DNA of 64,000 bases from contig CAIOAT010000024.1 in NCBI GenBank assembly GCA_903856085.1, forward strand, positions 3,180-67,179, in the 5' to 3' direction. Under the pieces are notes generated by a model that ran no database searches, was not told where the DNA came from, and was given only the letters and a program-made list of their open reading frames with translations. Every line of letters begins with the position of its first letter. Position 1 is the first letter of the stretch. A program made the translations under genes and the position numbers. Below are positions 1 through 8,233 of the stretch, piece after piece. Source of the DNA: Candidatus Omnitrophota bacterium (GTDB taxonomy: Bacteria > Omnitrophota > Omnitrophia > Omnitrophales > Aquincolibacteriaceae).

Positions 1-986
1 TCCGCAAGCTTGTACTCCCAAAAATTAACCGTTTCCAGGGCTGAACCACCGCTTGGAGACCGGTCGATTACCGTAATCGTACCTTTCGTATCGTTATAGC
101 TGATATCGAGGATCGTATCATTTCCGTCACGCTGGACCTTTTCATAGCTCAAAAGCCGATTCAAGCTTTCAGAAATCTTCTGATAGGTCTTCTTTATATA
201 GAAGGCATTCCCTCCGCTGCGATCGTAAGTCGTCACGAGATCTCCTTTAGAGATCGTCATGGGAATTTCCACATTTTCGCCCGATTCATTATTTACAAGA
301 TAACCATCCCCGAGGAAACCCCCTAATTGTCCGTCTTGCTCCACCGAAAATTTTTGATAGGCGCTTAACGCACCGGAATCCTTAGGATCCGATGTGGTAA
401 TGCGAACGTAGGAACCTCCGAGATCCGTACCGTAATCAAACCGGCGAATCTCAAGATCATAACGAGCCGTACCCGTTTGAGGATCCAGAACAGACTTCGT
501 GAAATCGCAGATCTCAATAATCTTGCTGGTCGCGTTGTTATACTTAAAATAAGTGTGATCCGCATACTCCACAGACACGATGCCTTTTTCATCTGGCTTC
601 GGATTTTCGCTCACCAGAACTTTGGTATCGCCGGAACGCAGCGGATTAATGCTACTTAAAAACGAAGTGGAGATCTGAGGTGTCTGGCCCTGCGGAACAT
701 CGCCAGCAAAAGGATTTTTCTGATTCTGATCCGGTGCGACAGCATTCAAAGGATTCTGATTTGTCTGGCCTTGAAGATCATGCTGTTGCTTATCCAGGTC
801 CTGCATAAAATGAATCTTGTCGGATTTATTAAGATCAGGCGAAGGAGCTACAACGGGAGCACTCGGCGCCATGGCGGCAAAACCAAGTTTAACATCGCTC
901 TGCGTCACCAGAAAAGTGAAGATCACAAAGAGGCTGACCGCCTTAACCCCCCACGGTTTTCTCTCGTTGTGATACGCTTCAAACAT
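1..986 (-). CDS. N-terminal part (>328 aa) of a large secreted/surface protein, running off the left edge
   Basis: Translated by hand; absent from the ORF track. ATG at 986 follows a GAGGGGAG RBS and the frame is open to position 1: MFEAYHNERKPWGVKAVSLFVIFTFLVTQSDVKLGFAAMAPSAP... It has a signal-peptide-like hydrophobic stretch, a Q/N/P-rich linker, then Y/D/T/G-rich beta-type sequence. Confidence 0.88.
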   Translation of the reverse strand, partial: MFEAYHNERKPWGVKAVSLFVIFTFLVTQSDVKLGFAAMAPSAPVVAPSPDLNKSDKIHFMQDLDKQQHDLQGQTNQNPLNAVAPDQNQKNPFAGDVPQGQTPQISTSFLSSINPLRSGDTKVLVSENPKPDEKGIVSVEYADHTYFKYNNATSKIIEICDFTKSVLDPQTGTARYDLEIRRFDYGTDLGGSYVRITTSDPKDSGALSAYQKFSVEQDGQLGGFLGDGYLVNNESGENVEIPMTISKGDLVTTYDRSGGNAFYIKKTYQKISESLNRLLSYEKVQRDGNDTILDISYNDTKGTITVIDRSPSGGSALETVNFWEYKLA

Positions 987-1024
987 ACGCGCTACTCCCC
1001 TCATCACTTCACTTTAAAAATTAT

Positions 1025-1080
1025 AAAAACAAAATAAAAAGCAAAAAACTCGATCATGGTTTTATCCATGCTCTAGTTTT
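1025..1080 (-). terminator. Terminator-like hairpin plus U-tract inside the 5' leader of the left-edge gene
   Basis: Minus strand reads AAAACTAGAGCATGG-ATAAAA-CCATGATCGAGTTTT (13 of 15 positions pair), followed by TTGCTTTTTATTTTGTTTTT. Confidence 0.45.
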
Positions 1081-1132
1081 CGCATCTCATGTCCACATAT
1101 AGTGTTCACGCGTTAAATGCGCCTCTAAAAAA

Positions 1133-1161
1133 ATTATATCCGCACTTAGGATTTTTGTCAA
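1133..1161 (-). promoter_or_regulatory. Consensus sigma70 promoter for the left-edge gene
   Basis: Minus strand has TTGACA (1161-1156), a 17-nt spacer and TATAAT (1138-1133), in an AT-rich intergenic region. Confidence 0.85.
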
Positions 1162-1356
1162 ACTTTACGATGTTGTTTTTTGCTAGTTCCTGCTAGTTTT
1201 CCCAATAGAAAGGCTTGAAAATTATTAAGCTCTCGTAAAAACTTTCTCAAACTTGAGTATTTTTTTGGATTTATTTTATTTCGAAGGGATAAAGGTCCAT
1301 TGATGATTTCGAGATCCAGGCGGCGCTACAGGATCTCATCCAACCATCAATCCGTT

Positions 1357-1857
1357 TTACTTAGAAAAAGATCGCGGAAAAAGATCCGTCTTGAGGCAGG
1401 TAACGTGATCGATGAAAAGAATTCCGTTGAGATGGTCGACCTCGTGTTCCACGCAAATCGCTTCAATCCCCGTGCTGATTTTTTCGTTCAACTCCCCGCG
1501 CTCGTTCTGCCAGCGCAAGCGTACCCACCGATGACGTTTCAGAAACGCTGTGTAATCCGGAAAGCTCATACACCCTTCTTTTCGCGTTTCCGGCTCTTTT
1601 TTTTCGAGGATCACGGGATTAACAAGAATGAGACGCTTTGCTTTTGGATCGCGCTTTGAGACATCCACGATCGCAAGAGACTTAGCGACTCCGATTTGTG
1701 GTGCAGCGATACCGATCCCATGCGGTTGGCTTTTCATGACACGGACCAGAGAAGCTACCAGCTTCAGGAGTGAGCGATCGAATATTGTGACCGATTGCGT
1801 TTTTTTTCTGAGAATCGGATCGGGAAAAGTCCGGATGGAAGAAGGCTTCATCTGCAA
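1357..1857 (-). CDS. def: Peptide deformylase
   Basis: Motifs GIGIAAPQIG, EGCMS and HEVDHLNG. Confidence 0.95.
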   Translation of the reverse strand: MQMKPSSIRTFPDPILRKKTQSVTIFDRSLLKLVASLVRVMKSQPHGIGIAAPQIGVAKSLAIVDVSKRDPKAKRLILVNPVILEKKEPETRKEGCMSFPDYTAFLKRHRWVRLRWQNERGELNEKISTGIEAICVEHEVDHLNGILFIDHVTCLKTDLFPRSFSK

Positions 1858-2409
1858 TTACAGGGAAACGCGTTCCAAAGGCTTGATCTGGATCTCGATT
1901 TTCAACTTCTTGGAGACCCTTGCCAAAAGAGTTTTGAGTTTTGCCAAAACTGCTTTACCGGGAACATCCACCTCCAGAAGCATGGCGTAAGTGATCTTGG
2001 TACCCCTACCCAAGATCCGGCTATCGAGATCCGTAATATTGACACGCACCCCCGCCAAAGCACGGCTCACCTCATAAACAATTCCAGCTCGATCCTTGCC
2101 AAAGGCTGTGACCATATGAGGGAGCGAGCCCTGCGCGTGTTTTTTTCCATTCTGAATTGTCCCTTCCAACGCGGTTACATAACAATCCAAGGACCAAGGA
2201 TTGCCTTTGAGAAGTTCCAAACCTTGCAACACACGGACTAGGGACCCTGACGACGACAAGCAGGCTGTCATCATCATAGCGAATTGCCCTTCCAAAAGGG
2301 TCATACTGATGTCCTCAAGATTGCATCCCCGAGCAAACAAAAGGCCGCTCACCTTGGCGATGATCCCGGGCTTATCTTTACCGCTGACCGTAATCAGTAT
2401 TTTTTTCAT
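1858..2409 (-). CDS. Tandem ACT-domain protein (GcvR-like)
   Basis: Two ACT repeats: ITVSGKDKPGIIAKVS and VTAFGKDRAGIVYEVS. Confidence 0.85.
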   Translation of the reverse strand: MKKILITVSGKDKPGIIAKVSGLLFARGCNLEDISMTLLEGQFAMMMTACLSSSGSLVRVLQGLELLKGNPWSLDCYVTALEGTIQNGKKHAQGSLPHMVTAFGKDRAGIVYEVSRALAGVRVNITDLDSRILGRGTKITYAMLLEVDVPGKAVLAKLKTLLARVSKKLKIEIQIKPLERVSL

Positions 2410-3932
2410 TTTTTCTTCTTTCGCTCCAGATATTTGGATAGTTGTTCAAACCCTCGATTGAGAAGCTGATCCGTCCCGCCCTGCAGCAGTCTCGAACCGA
2501 TGTAGCTAAGGTCCGGCTGGACCGCGGCGTCGGGGAAAACACCGCTATAACGGAACGGAATCATGACTTGGCCGTTCCGGTCTGCGATCAATTCCATTTC
2601 TCGGATCTTTTTCACCAAGTATGCGGAGATAGACTGGGATAACAATAACTGGAGAGAACCCTCGACACGCTTATCTAGAATCCCATAGGTCCCTTGGCCG
2701 GACAATTGATAGTTGGGATGCATTAACCGGAACTCAGTGACACTCCCAATCCCCTCCTGCACCCCAAACGTCACTTGCAATGACTGAAAAGGCGTATCAC
2801 GGCCCGCCATCATCTCACCCAACTGTGGCGGGAGCTCCCCACCTAAAGAGTTCGTTATCGCCAACACCGGAGAAAGACGGTCAAAAACCTCCTTGATAAG
2901 ATTCCGGTTCCTAAGGGCCCCCTCTAGGATCTCGATTGTTCCCTGCCCCTTCAGAGATCGCTCGATCATGACAGGATTTGCGCCATCGAACGAAAGCTGT
3001 GCCTTGGCACTCAGACGGCCCGCCACATAATCGCCCTTCTTATAAGTTTCCGGGATCACCGATTCCATATCCAGATCATGAACCTCAAGCGTCCCCTCAA
3101 AATGCGGCAGCGTGGTAATCACCTCGAGACGGCCTTTGAACACCACCTTTTCAGGACCGTAGCGAAGCACAAGATCCAGCGACCGCGACGCCAAGTCAAG
3201 ATCCCCCTCCACCTCCAGGTTCCTTGTCATGGCATTAAATAAAGTCGCACTTGCCGAAAAATGGAAGAGAGCATTGGTTTCTTTTTGGCGAACGTCAACG
3301 CTCAGATTTTTAATCTCAAGTGTATAGGCCGGCTGAACTGTCCCATCCTCGAAGTGGACTGTCGCATCCCGCACGAGAATCTTACCCACCCCAAATTCCC
3401 AACCTTGGGCGACACCACCCAGGTTCTTCAGCGAAATACTTTCGGCTCCTTCTGAAGCCTCGGCCGTCGGGATGAAACTGCCTTGAGAGAGCATGGGCGC
3501 AGCGACCGGCGGAGGGGTCAGCAATCCTTTGTCAGCCTGCCAGTTCCAGACCCCATCCCGATTACGCCTAAGAAAGATCTCGGGGCTCTGGATCAGGACT
3601 TGAGCCATGTTGAAATGCTTTTGCCAGATTGAAGACAGATCCGCGTCAATCCGGACTTGGTCGCTTTGCAGGATTTTTTCAAGACTTTTAGGATGGTAGA
3701 ACTTAAGCCCGGAAACCTGGAGCTGCGGCTGGGGCATCCATTGCAGTTTGATATAGCCGAGTTCCACACGAAAACCGGTCTGCTGGGTGAGCTGTTTTTC
3801 TAATTCCGCCCGGAACATATTGGGGTCGAAGTTCCGTATCGCAAAAAAACCAACGACTCCCACGCCGATCCCAAGGATTAAAAACGCAATGAACAGCCCG
3901 CCGAGCAATTTCAGGAAACCTCGTACGACCAT
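2406..3932 (-). CDS. AsmA-family protein
   Basis: N-terminal TM anchor, FDPN..RAELEKQL..QTG and a long beta-rich body typical of AsmA-like proteins. Confidence 0.75.
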   Translation of the reverse strand: MVVRGFLKLLGGLFIAFLILGIGVGVVGFFAIRNFDPNMFRAELEKQLTQQTGFRVELGYIKLQWMPQPQLQVSGLKFYHPKSLEKILQSDQVRIDADLSSIWQKHFNMAQVLIQSPEIFLRRNRDGVWNWQADKGLLTPPPVAAPMLSQGSFIPTAEASEGAESISLKNLGGVAQGWEFGVGKILVRDATVHFEDGTVQPAYTLEIKNLSVDVRQKETNALFHFSASATLFNAMTRNLEVEGDLDLASRSLDLVLRYGPEKVVFKGRLEVITTLPHFEGTLEVHDLDMESVIPETYKKGDYVAGRLSAKAQLSFDGANPVMIERSLKGQGTIEILEGALRNRNLIKEVFDRLSPVLAITNSLGGELPPQLGEMMAGRDTPFQSLQVTFGVQEGIGSVTEFRLMHPNYQLSGQGTYGILDKRVEGSLQLLLSQSISAYLVKKIREMELIADRNGQVMIPFRYSGVFPDAAVQPDLSYIGSRLLQGGTDQLLNRGFEQLSKYLERKKKK

Positions 3933-4375
3933 ACGCCCTCACCTTTTTTCCTGGCTTCTTCCTGGACTTTCAGGAACTTGGCCTTGTGGCTGAAGTCCTG
4001 AGCCGAAGCCACTTTCGCGGCGCCGATCCTCACCAGGAATTCATTAATAAGAACTTCGTGTTCATCGGGGACCTCATTTAACTTTGCGGGGAATCTCAAG
4101 TATTTCGCCTGGAGATACACATAAGCAGATTCTTGAGCACTCAAAGCAGAATTGGCAAGTAATTGAACCTTCACGTCCTGCTTCTGAACAAGCACCCGGA
4201 GAACTGAAATTCCTTCCCGGTCCATTTCAACCCCGGCCAGAGTCACTTGTTTGCCGCTCTCAAGAATCAACGTCCCGTTGGGCCCGACCTCTTTAACGAT
4301 CTCGGCAAAAAGCGGCGAAGAAAAAATGCACGCGCCGATCAATAGAAAAATCGGCAAACAATTTCGTGAATTCAC
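3911..4375 (-). CDS. Secreted thermonuclease (SNase)-fold protein, probably catalytically degenerate
   Basis: Signal peptide, AYVY, LINEFLVRIGAAKV and QEEARKKGEGVW match the SNase C-terminal pattern. The DGDT, R-L-x-GID and YGR motifs are absent. Confidence 0.65.
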   Translation of the reverse strand: MNSRNCLPIFLLIGACIFSSPLFAEIVKEVGPNGTLILESGKQVTLAGVEMDREGISVLRVLVQKQDVKVQLLANSALSAQESAYVYLQAKYLRFPAKLNEVPDEHEVLINEFLVRIGAAKVASAQDFSHKAKFLKVQEEARKKGEGVWSYEVS

Positions 4376-4827
4376 GAGGCCCTTACTCGCCCGTCGCTAT
4401 AATCAATCTCGCTTAATCCCAGCTCCACGGTCCGGTATTTTTTCCGAAGCTCCTGCAGTCGTTTTTGCCCCACAGGCTCATATTGGTAGAAACGAACCAG
4501 TTCTTTTTTATTCAAAACCCCTGCGTCACTGTAAGCACCCGGAATGCCCCAAAACCATGACAGCGGATAGGTGAAGAGATTAAAGAAAGCCATTCCCCAT
4601 AACTGTTTCTCTTCAGACCCTGACGCGAGGTAGAAATGCCCCACACCGGGCAGCAAGTTCAGCCATGCAGCAACCGCTGGGTCCTTGATCTTCACACCGC
4701 AAGGATGGACCCCGTAAGCTTTAAGCTCATACACCGCATTCTTCTCGGATTGCGTGAGAGACATGCATCCCGAAAACATCAGCACCAGCATCAACAACGC
4801 ATTTAATTTCATTAAATGATTCATCAC
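4372..4827 (-). CDS. Hypothetical lipoprotein with membrane segment
   Basis: Lipobox FSGC; TM2-like LNLLPGVGHFYL segment; GAGGAG RBS upstream. Confidence 0.65.
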   Translation of the reverse strand: MMNHLMKLNALLMLVLMFSGCMSLTQSEKNAVYELKAYGVHPCGVKIKDPAVAAWLNLLPGVGHFYLASGSEEKQLWGMAFFNLFTYPLSWFWGIPGAYSDAGVLNKKELVRFYQYEPVGQKRLQELRKKYRTVELGLSEIDYSDGRVRAS

Positions 4828-4845
4828 TCAATCCTCCTCATTGTG

Positions 4846-6186
4846 TTATGACTTAGAAATTGCATTCTTGAGCCATTCTAGAGCATCTTCCCTGTTTTTG
4901 AAACGACCTTCTAGCTGTAAAACAAACGCCTCCTCTAAAACAGGTTTCATCATCCGACCGGGTTTCATACCAAGCGCCATGAGGTCGTGACCATTCACAA
5001 GCGGCTTGGGTTTTAATTCCTCGTGCTCGTATTCCTTAAGCTTGTCCCGGAGAAACGTGAGATTGTCCAGCATCCCATGGCTTGCGGTGCAATCCACACG
5101 ATGGAGCTCCATTTCCTCCTCAAAATGCGGACGGCTGATAAATTGCTTGAGCTTCCCCGACCGCATCTTCTGAACATCCATAAATTTCATATGATTGGCC
5201 ACACATTCCGAAACCCCCTCAATCTCCTCGTTGGAGAAACGCAACCGTCGCATGATCTCGCCAGCAATCTTCACCCCCGCTTCGGAATGTTCATAAAAGG
5301 TCAGCCGGCCTTTGCGAATCGCGGACGTTTTAGGTTTTCCGATGTCGTGAAAAAGCGCCGAAAAAGCAAGGACGGTTGAGACCGGAGGATGGAGGAATTG
5401 CAAAAGAAGTCGGGTATGCTCATAGACGTCGCCTTCGGGGTGAAATTTCTCAGGCTGTTCCACTCCTCGCATCGCTTCCACTTCCGGCAGGATCTCTTTC
5501 ATAAGCCCGGATTCTGAAAGCAGCACAAACCCGCGCGCCGCACCGGAGCGCGTAAAGATCTTCACCAGCTCTTCACGAATCCGTTCGGGACTTACTTCGT
5601 GGATCTTGGAAGCGTTCTTGCGAAGTGCCTCCCAAGTTTTTGACTCAATCTCAAAACCAAGCGTCGAAGCAAAACGGATCGCGCGAAGAAGCCTCAATTT
5701 ATCCTCCTCGAAACGTTCCTTAGGATCACCAATCGCGCGTATGATTTTTTTGGGAAGATCCTCGATGCCTCCGACAAAATCGATCACCTTCTCCGCGAAC
5801 GGATCATAGAACATGCCGTTCACCGTAAAGTCACGGCGCTTGGCGTCTTCTTCAGGCTGGGTAAATGAAACGTGGGTGGGATGCCGGCCGTCCTGGTACC
5901 CCCCTTCACAGCGGAAGGTCGCAACCTCAAAAGGGGTCTCTTCTTCGACCACGATCATCACGCCAAATTGCTTACCAACAGGGATCGTCCGGCGAAAGAT
6001 CTTTTCGACTTCGTTAGGGGTCGCGGTCGTGGCAATATCAAAATCCTGGGGCTTTTGACCTCTTAAGTGGTCCCGGACGCAGCCGCCCGCGAAATACGCG
6101 GTATATCCTTTGTCTTTCAGGATTTTAACAATTACGCGCGCCAGCCGGCCCTTCGGCTCGCTCAGATCCATCGGTCCCGAATTCAT
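4846..6186 (-). CDS. cca: CCA tRNA nucleotidyltransferase (class II, with HD domain)
   Basis: GGCVRD, DFDIAT, RRDFTVN, EDKLRLLRAIRF and HDIGKP. Confidence 0.9.
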   Translation of the reverse strand: MNSGPMDLSEPKGRLARVIVKILKDKGYTAYFAGGCVRDHLRGQKPQDFDIATTATPNEVEKIFRRTIPVGKQFGVMIVVEEETPFEVATFRCEGGYQDGRHPTHVSFTQPEEDAKRRDFTVNGMFYDPFAEKVIDFVGGIEDLPKKIIRAIGDPKERFEEDKLRLLRAIRFASTLGFEIESKTWEALRKNASKIHEVSPERIREELVKIFTRSGAARGFVLLSESGLMKEILPEVEAMRGVEQPEKFHPEGDVYEHTRLLLQFLHPPVSTVLAFSALFHDIGKPKTSAIRKGRLTFYEHSEAGVKIAGEIMRRLRFSNEEIEGVSECVANHMKFMDVQKMRSGKLKQFISRPHFEEEMELHRVDCTASHGMLDNLTFLRDKLKEYEHEELKPKPLVNGHDLMALGMKPGRMMKPVLEEAFVLQLEGRFKNREDALEWLKNAISKS

Positions 6187-6200
6187 ATCACTCCACTCAT

Positions 6201-6527
6201 TCAGAGGCTAAAAAAATCGCGAGCGGCTTTATCGCCTGCGGCTTTTTGATAATCCAAATAATCGATCAACAAAAGGTCCGGCCGTTTTTCGGCAAGACGT
6301 CTGGCAAGCTGGAATCGCTCCGACGGATGCGTTTCAAGCCGTCGGCTCGCGATATACTTGAACACCGTCCCGCATTGGGGGCAGGCCTTGGCATCATAAG
6401 CGTTGATCCCAAGCTCGTTGCAGGCAGCGCAATTCCCGGTGAGGTCCCCAATAATCAGAAGATTTTTTTTAACCTCTTCGAGGACAAACGCTTTGTAAGT
6501 ACGCAAGTAATGTTGACCCATCGGCAC
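6201..6527 (-). CDS. Small zinc-ribbon hypothetical protein
   Basis: CAAC...CPQC; lies in the minus-strand operon; AGGAG RBS. Confidence 0.65.
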   Translation of the reverse strand: MPMGQHYLRTYKAFVLEEVKKNLLIIGDLTGNCAACNELGINAYDAKACPQCGTVFKYIASRRLETHPSERFQLARRLAEKRPDLLLIDYLDYQKAAGDKAARDFFSL

Positions 6528-6541
6528 AAACTCCTTATTCG

Positions 6542-7024
6542 TTACTTCTTAAAGACTAGATCGCCGGCGCGAACTCGGGACTTTACTTCAACGCCAAAAT
6601 CATCGCCTTTCTTGGCAATCATGACCGGTTGGTGGTCGATTTGCATAGAAATAACCTTTTGCTTAAAATCCGTGGTATGGCCTTTAAACAGAAGTTCATC
6701 CCCGATCCGGATCTCTCCAGTCTTGATCTTGAGCACCGCGGCATTCACATGCGGAAAATAATGCGTGACCTCCGCATTCGGCATAGCCGCCAACGCAGCT
6801 CGCACCATCCTCGGCTGTTTTTTTGCTAGAACTTTTTTCTTCTTCGTTTTGCTTTTAGTTTTAACCGGACTTTTTCTGGAAACTTTCTTCTTCGAAGGCT
6901 TGGGTGCTTTTTTCTTAGCGGGCGCTGCCGTTTTCTTCTTAGAACTTTTCCCTTTGGGTTTTGCGACCTTCTTGGATTTGGACGCACCAAAAAGCGCTCT
7001 ACCAATCTTCTTGAAAAGTTTCAT
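6542..7024 (-). CDS. Lys-rich N-terminus plus EF-Tu domain-II-like beta-barrel ('translation elongation factor-like' protein)
   Basis: Start moved to ATG 7024 (GGAGGAG RBS). C-terminus VTHYFPHVNAAV...GHTTDFKQKVISMQIDH...VRAGDLVFK. Confidence 0.7.
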   Translation of the reverse strand: MKLFKKIGRALFGASKSKKVAKPKGKSSKKKTAAPAKKKAPKPSKKKVSRKSPVKTKSKTKKKKVLAKKQPRMVRAALAAMPNAEVTHYFPHVNAAVLKIKTGEIRIGDELLFKGHTTDFKQKVISMQIDHQPVMIAKKGDDFGVEVKSRVRAGDLVFKK

Positions 7025-7055
7025 GGTTTTCTCCTCCGAGGAATGACGATACGGT

Positions 7056-8138
7056 TTAAGAATCTTTTTCCAAAGCGATCTCTTGAGGCACCGACCCTGC
7101 CCCTTGCCCCTGATGTTGTTCCAAAACATTCAGCCGGTTCCGCAATTTCTGGAACCTCTGCTCGGTCTTTTCATATGCCGTGCGCGCATGAGCCAGGTGT
7201 CCTCCGATCTTCTCAAAATCCGTAAGGCACTGTTCCAGGTCGACTTCCAACTGGCCCAAATTTTCAAGAATGATCTGCGCTGAGCGCTCGATCCTCATGC
7301 CCTTGAGCCCACGCACGATCGACTGGAGATACACATAAAAACTGTTGGGCGAGACCGGGATGACCTTGCGTTTCATGGCATAAGCAGAAAGACTTTCGTT
7401 CTGCGCATCGTCCTTAATGATCGTTTCATAATAAATACTTTCGGATGGAATGTACATCAGCGCAAATTCGAAAGTGCCTTCCTCAGGCAGAATGTATTTT
7501 GAGCCAATGTCATCGATGTGTTTTTTGACGTCCTTCCAGAAACCCTTCCGTGCTTCGGCCTGTTTTTCATCACTGCCAGCCTCCAGGATACGCTTAAAAT
7601 TCTCGAGGGGGAATTTCGCATCCACGGGGATCAGTCCTTCGCCAAGCCGGATAATAGCATCCACCTGAGAACCATTCGCGAAACGGTACTGGAGCGCGAA
7701 ATGATCTTCCGGAAGGATTTGTCGTAAAAGTTCGGCGAGGAGTAACTCCGCCATCCCTCCGCGAAGTTTCGGAGCACGGAGAATGTCCTGGAGGGATGAG
7801 ATGTCCTTCCCGATATCCATCATGGACTGCGTGGCGTGCTGCAAGACACCAAGCCGGTGTTGCACATCTCCCATGACTTGCCGGTAACTCTGCTGGTTCT
7901 CCTGAAGGAACTGGGAATTCTGTTTCATCTGGTCGTTCATCTGACGGGAGAGCGTTTGGATCTGGTCCTGCAGAGCTGTATTGAGATTATGGAGTTCCTG
8001 CTGAAGCTGGAGAAATGGCTGAAAAGTTTTCTCGTCAGCAGCAGTTCGTTTAGACAAACGTTGCAAAACCCAGAAAACCGCGGTAAAACCGAAGAAAGAC
8101 ACCGCCACTGTGATGAGAACTAACAAAGAGGCATTCAT
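7056..8138 (-). CDS. rmuC: DNA recombination protein RmuC
   Basis: N-terminal TM, coiled coil, PKLRGG.AE, IPVDAKFP and FALMYIPSESIY. Confidence 0.92.
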   Translation of the reverse strand: MNASLLVLITVAVSFFGFTAVFWVLQRLSKRTAADEKTFQPFLQLQQELHNLNTALQDQIQTLSRQMNDQMKQNSQFLQENQQSYRQVMGDVQHRLGVLQHATQSMMDIGKDISSLQDILRAPKLRGGMAELLLAELLRQILPEDHFALQYRFANGSQVDAIIRLGEGLIPVDAKFPLENFKRILEAGSDEKQAEARKGFWKDVKKHIDDIGSKYILPEEGTFEFALMYIPSESIYYETIIKDDAQNESLSAYAMKRKVIPVSPNSFYVYLQSIVRGLKGMRIERSAQIILENLGQLEVDLEQCLTDFEKIGGHLAHARTAYEKTEQRFQKLRNRLNVLEQHQGQGAGSVPQEIALEKDS

Positions 8139-8160
8139 AGGGAGATTATAACTGAAAGCC

Positions 8161-8227
8161 AGATCAAAGACTACAGACTAAAGACTAAAATCAAACCCTT
8201 TCGTCTCTAGCCTGTAGTCTCGGATCT
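8161..8227. repeat. Intergenic inverted repeat (hairpin) between the RNase E/G gene and rmuC
   Basis: AGATC..AGACTACAGACTAAAGAC pairs imperfectly with GTCTCTAGCCTGTAGTCT..GATCT. Confidence 0.55.
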
Positions 8228-8233
8228 CTCGTC

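Noticed and set aside
6542-7024. Lys-rich region as a histone-like protein
   Set aside because: Low-complexity composition alone; this tail-plus-barrel arrangement gives no specific evidence for DNA binding.
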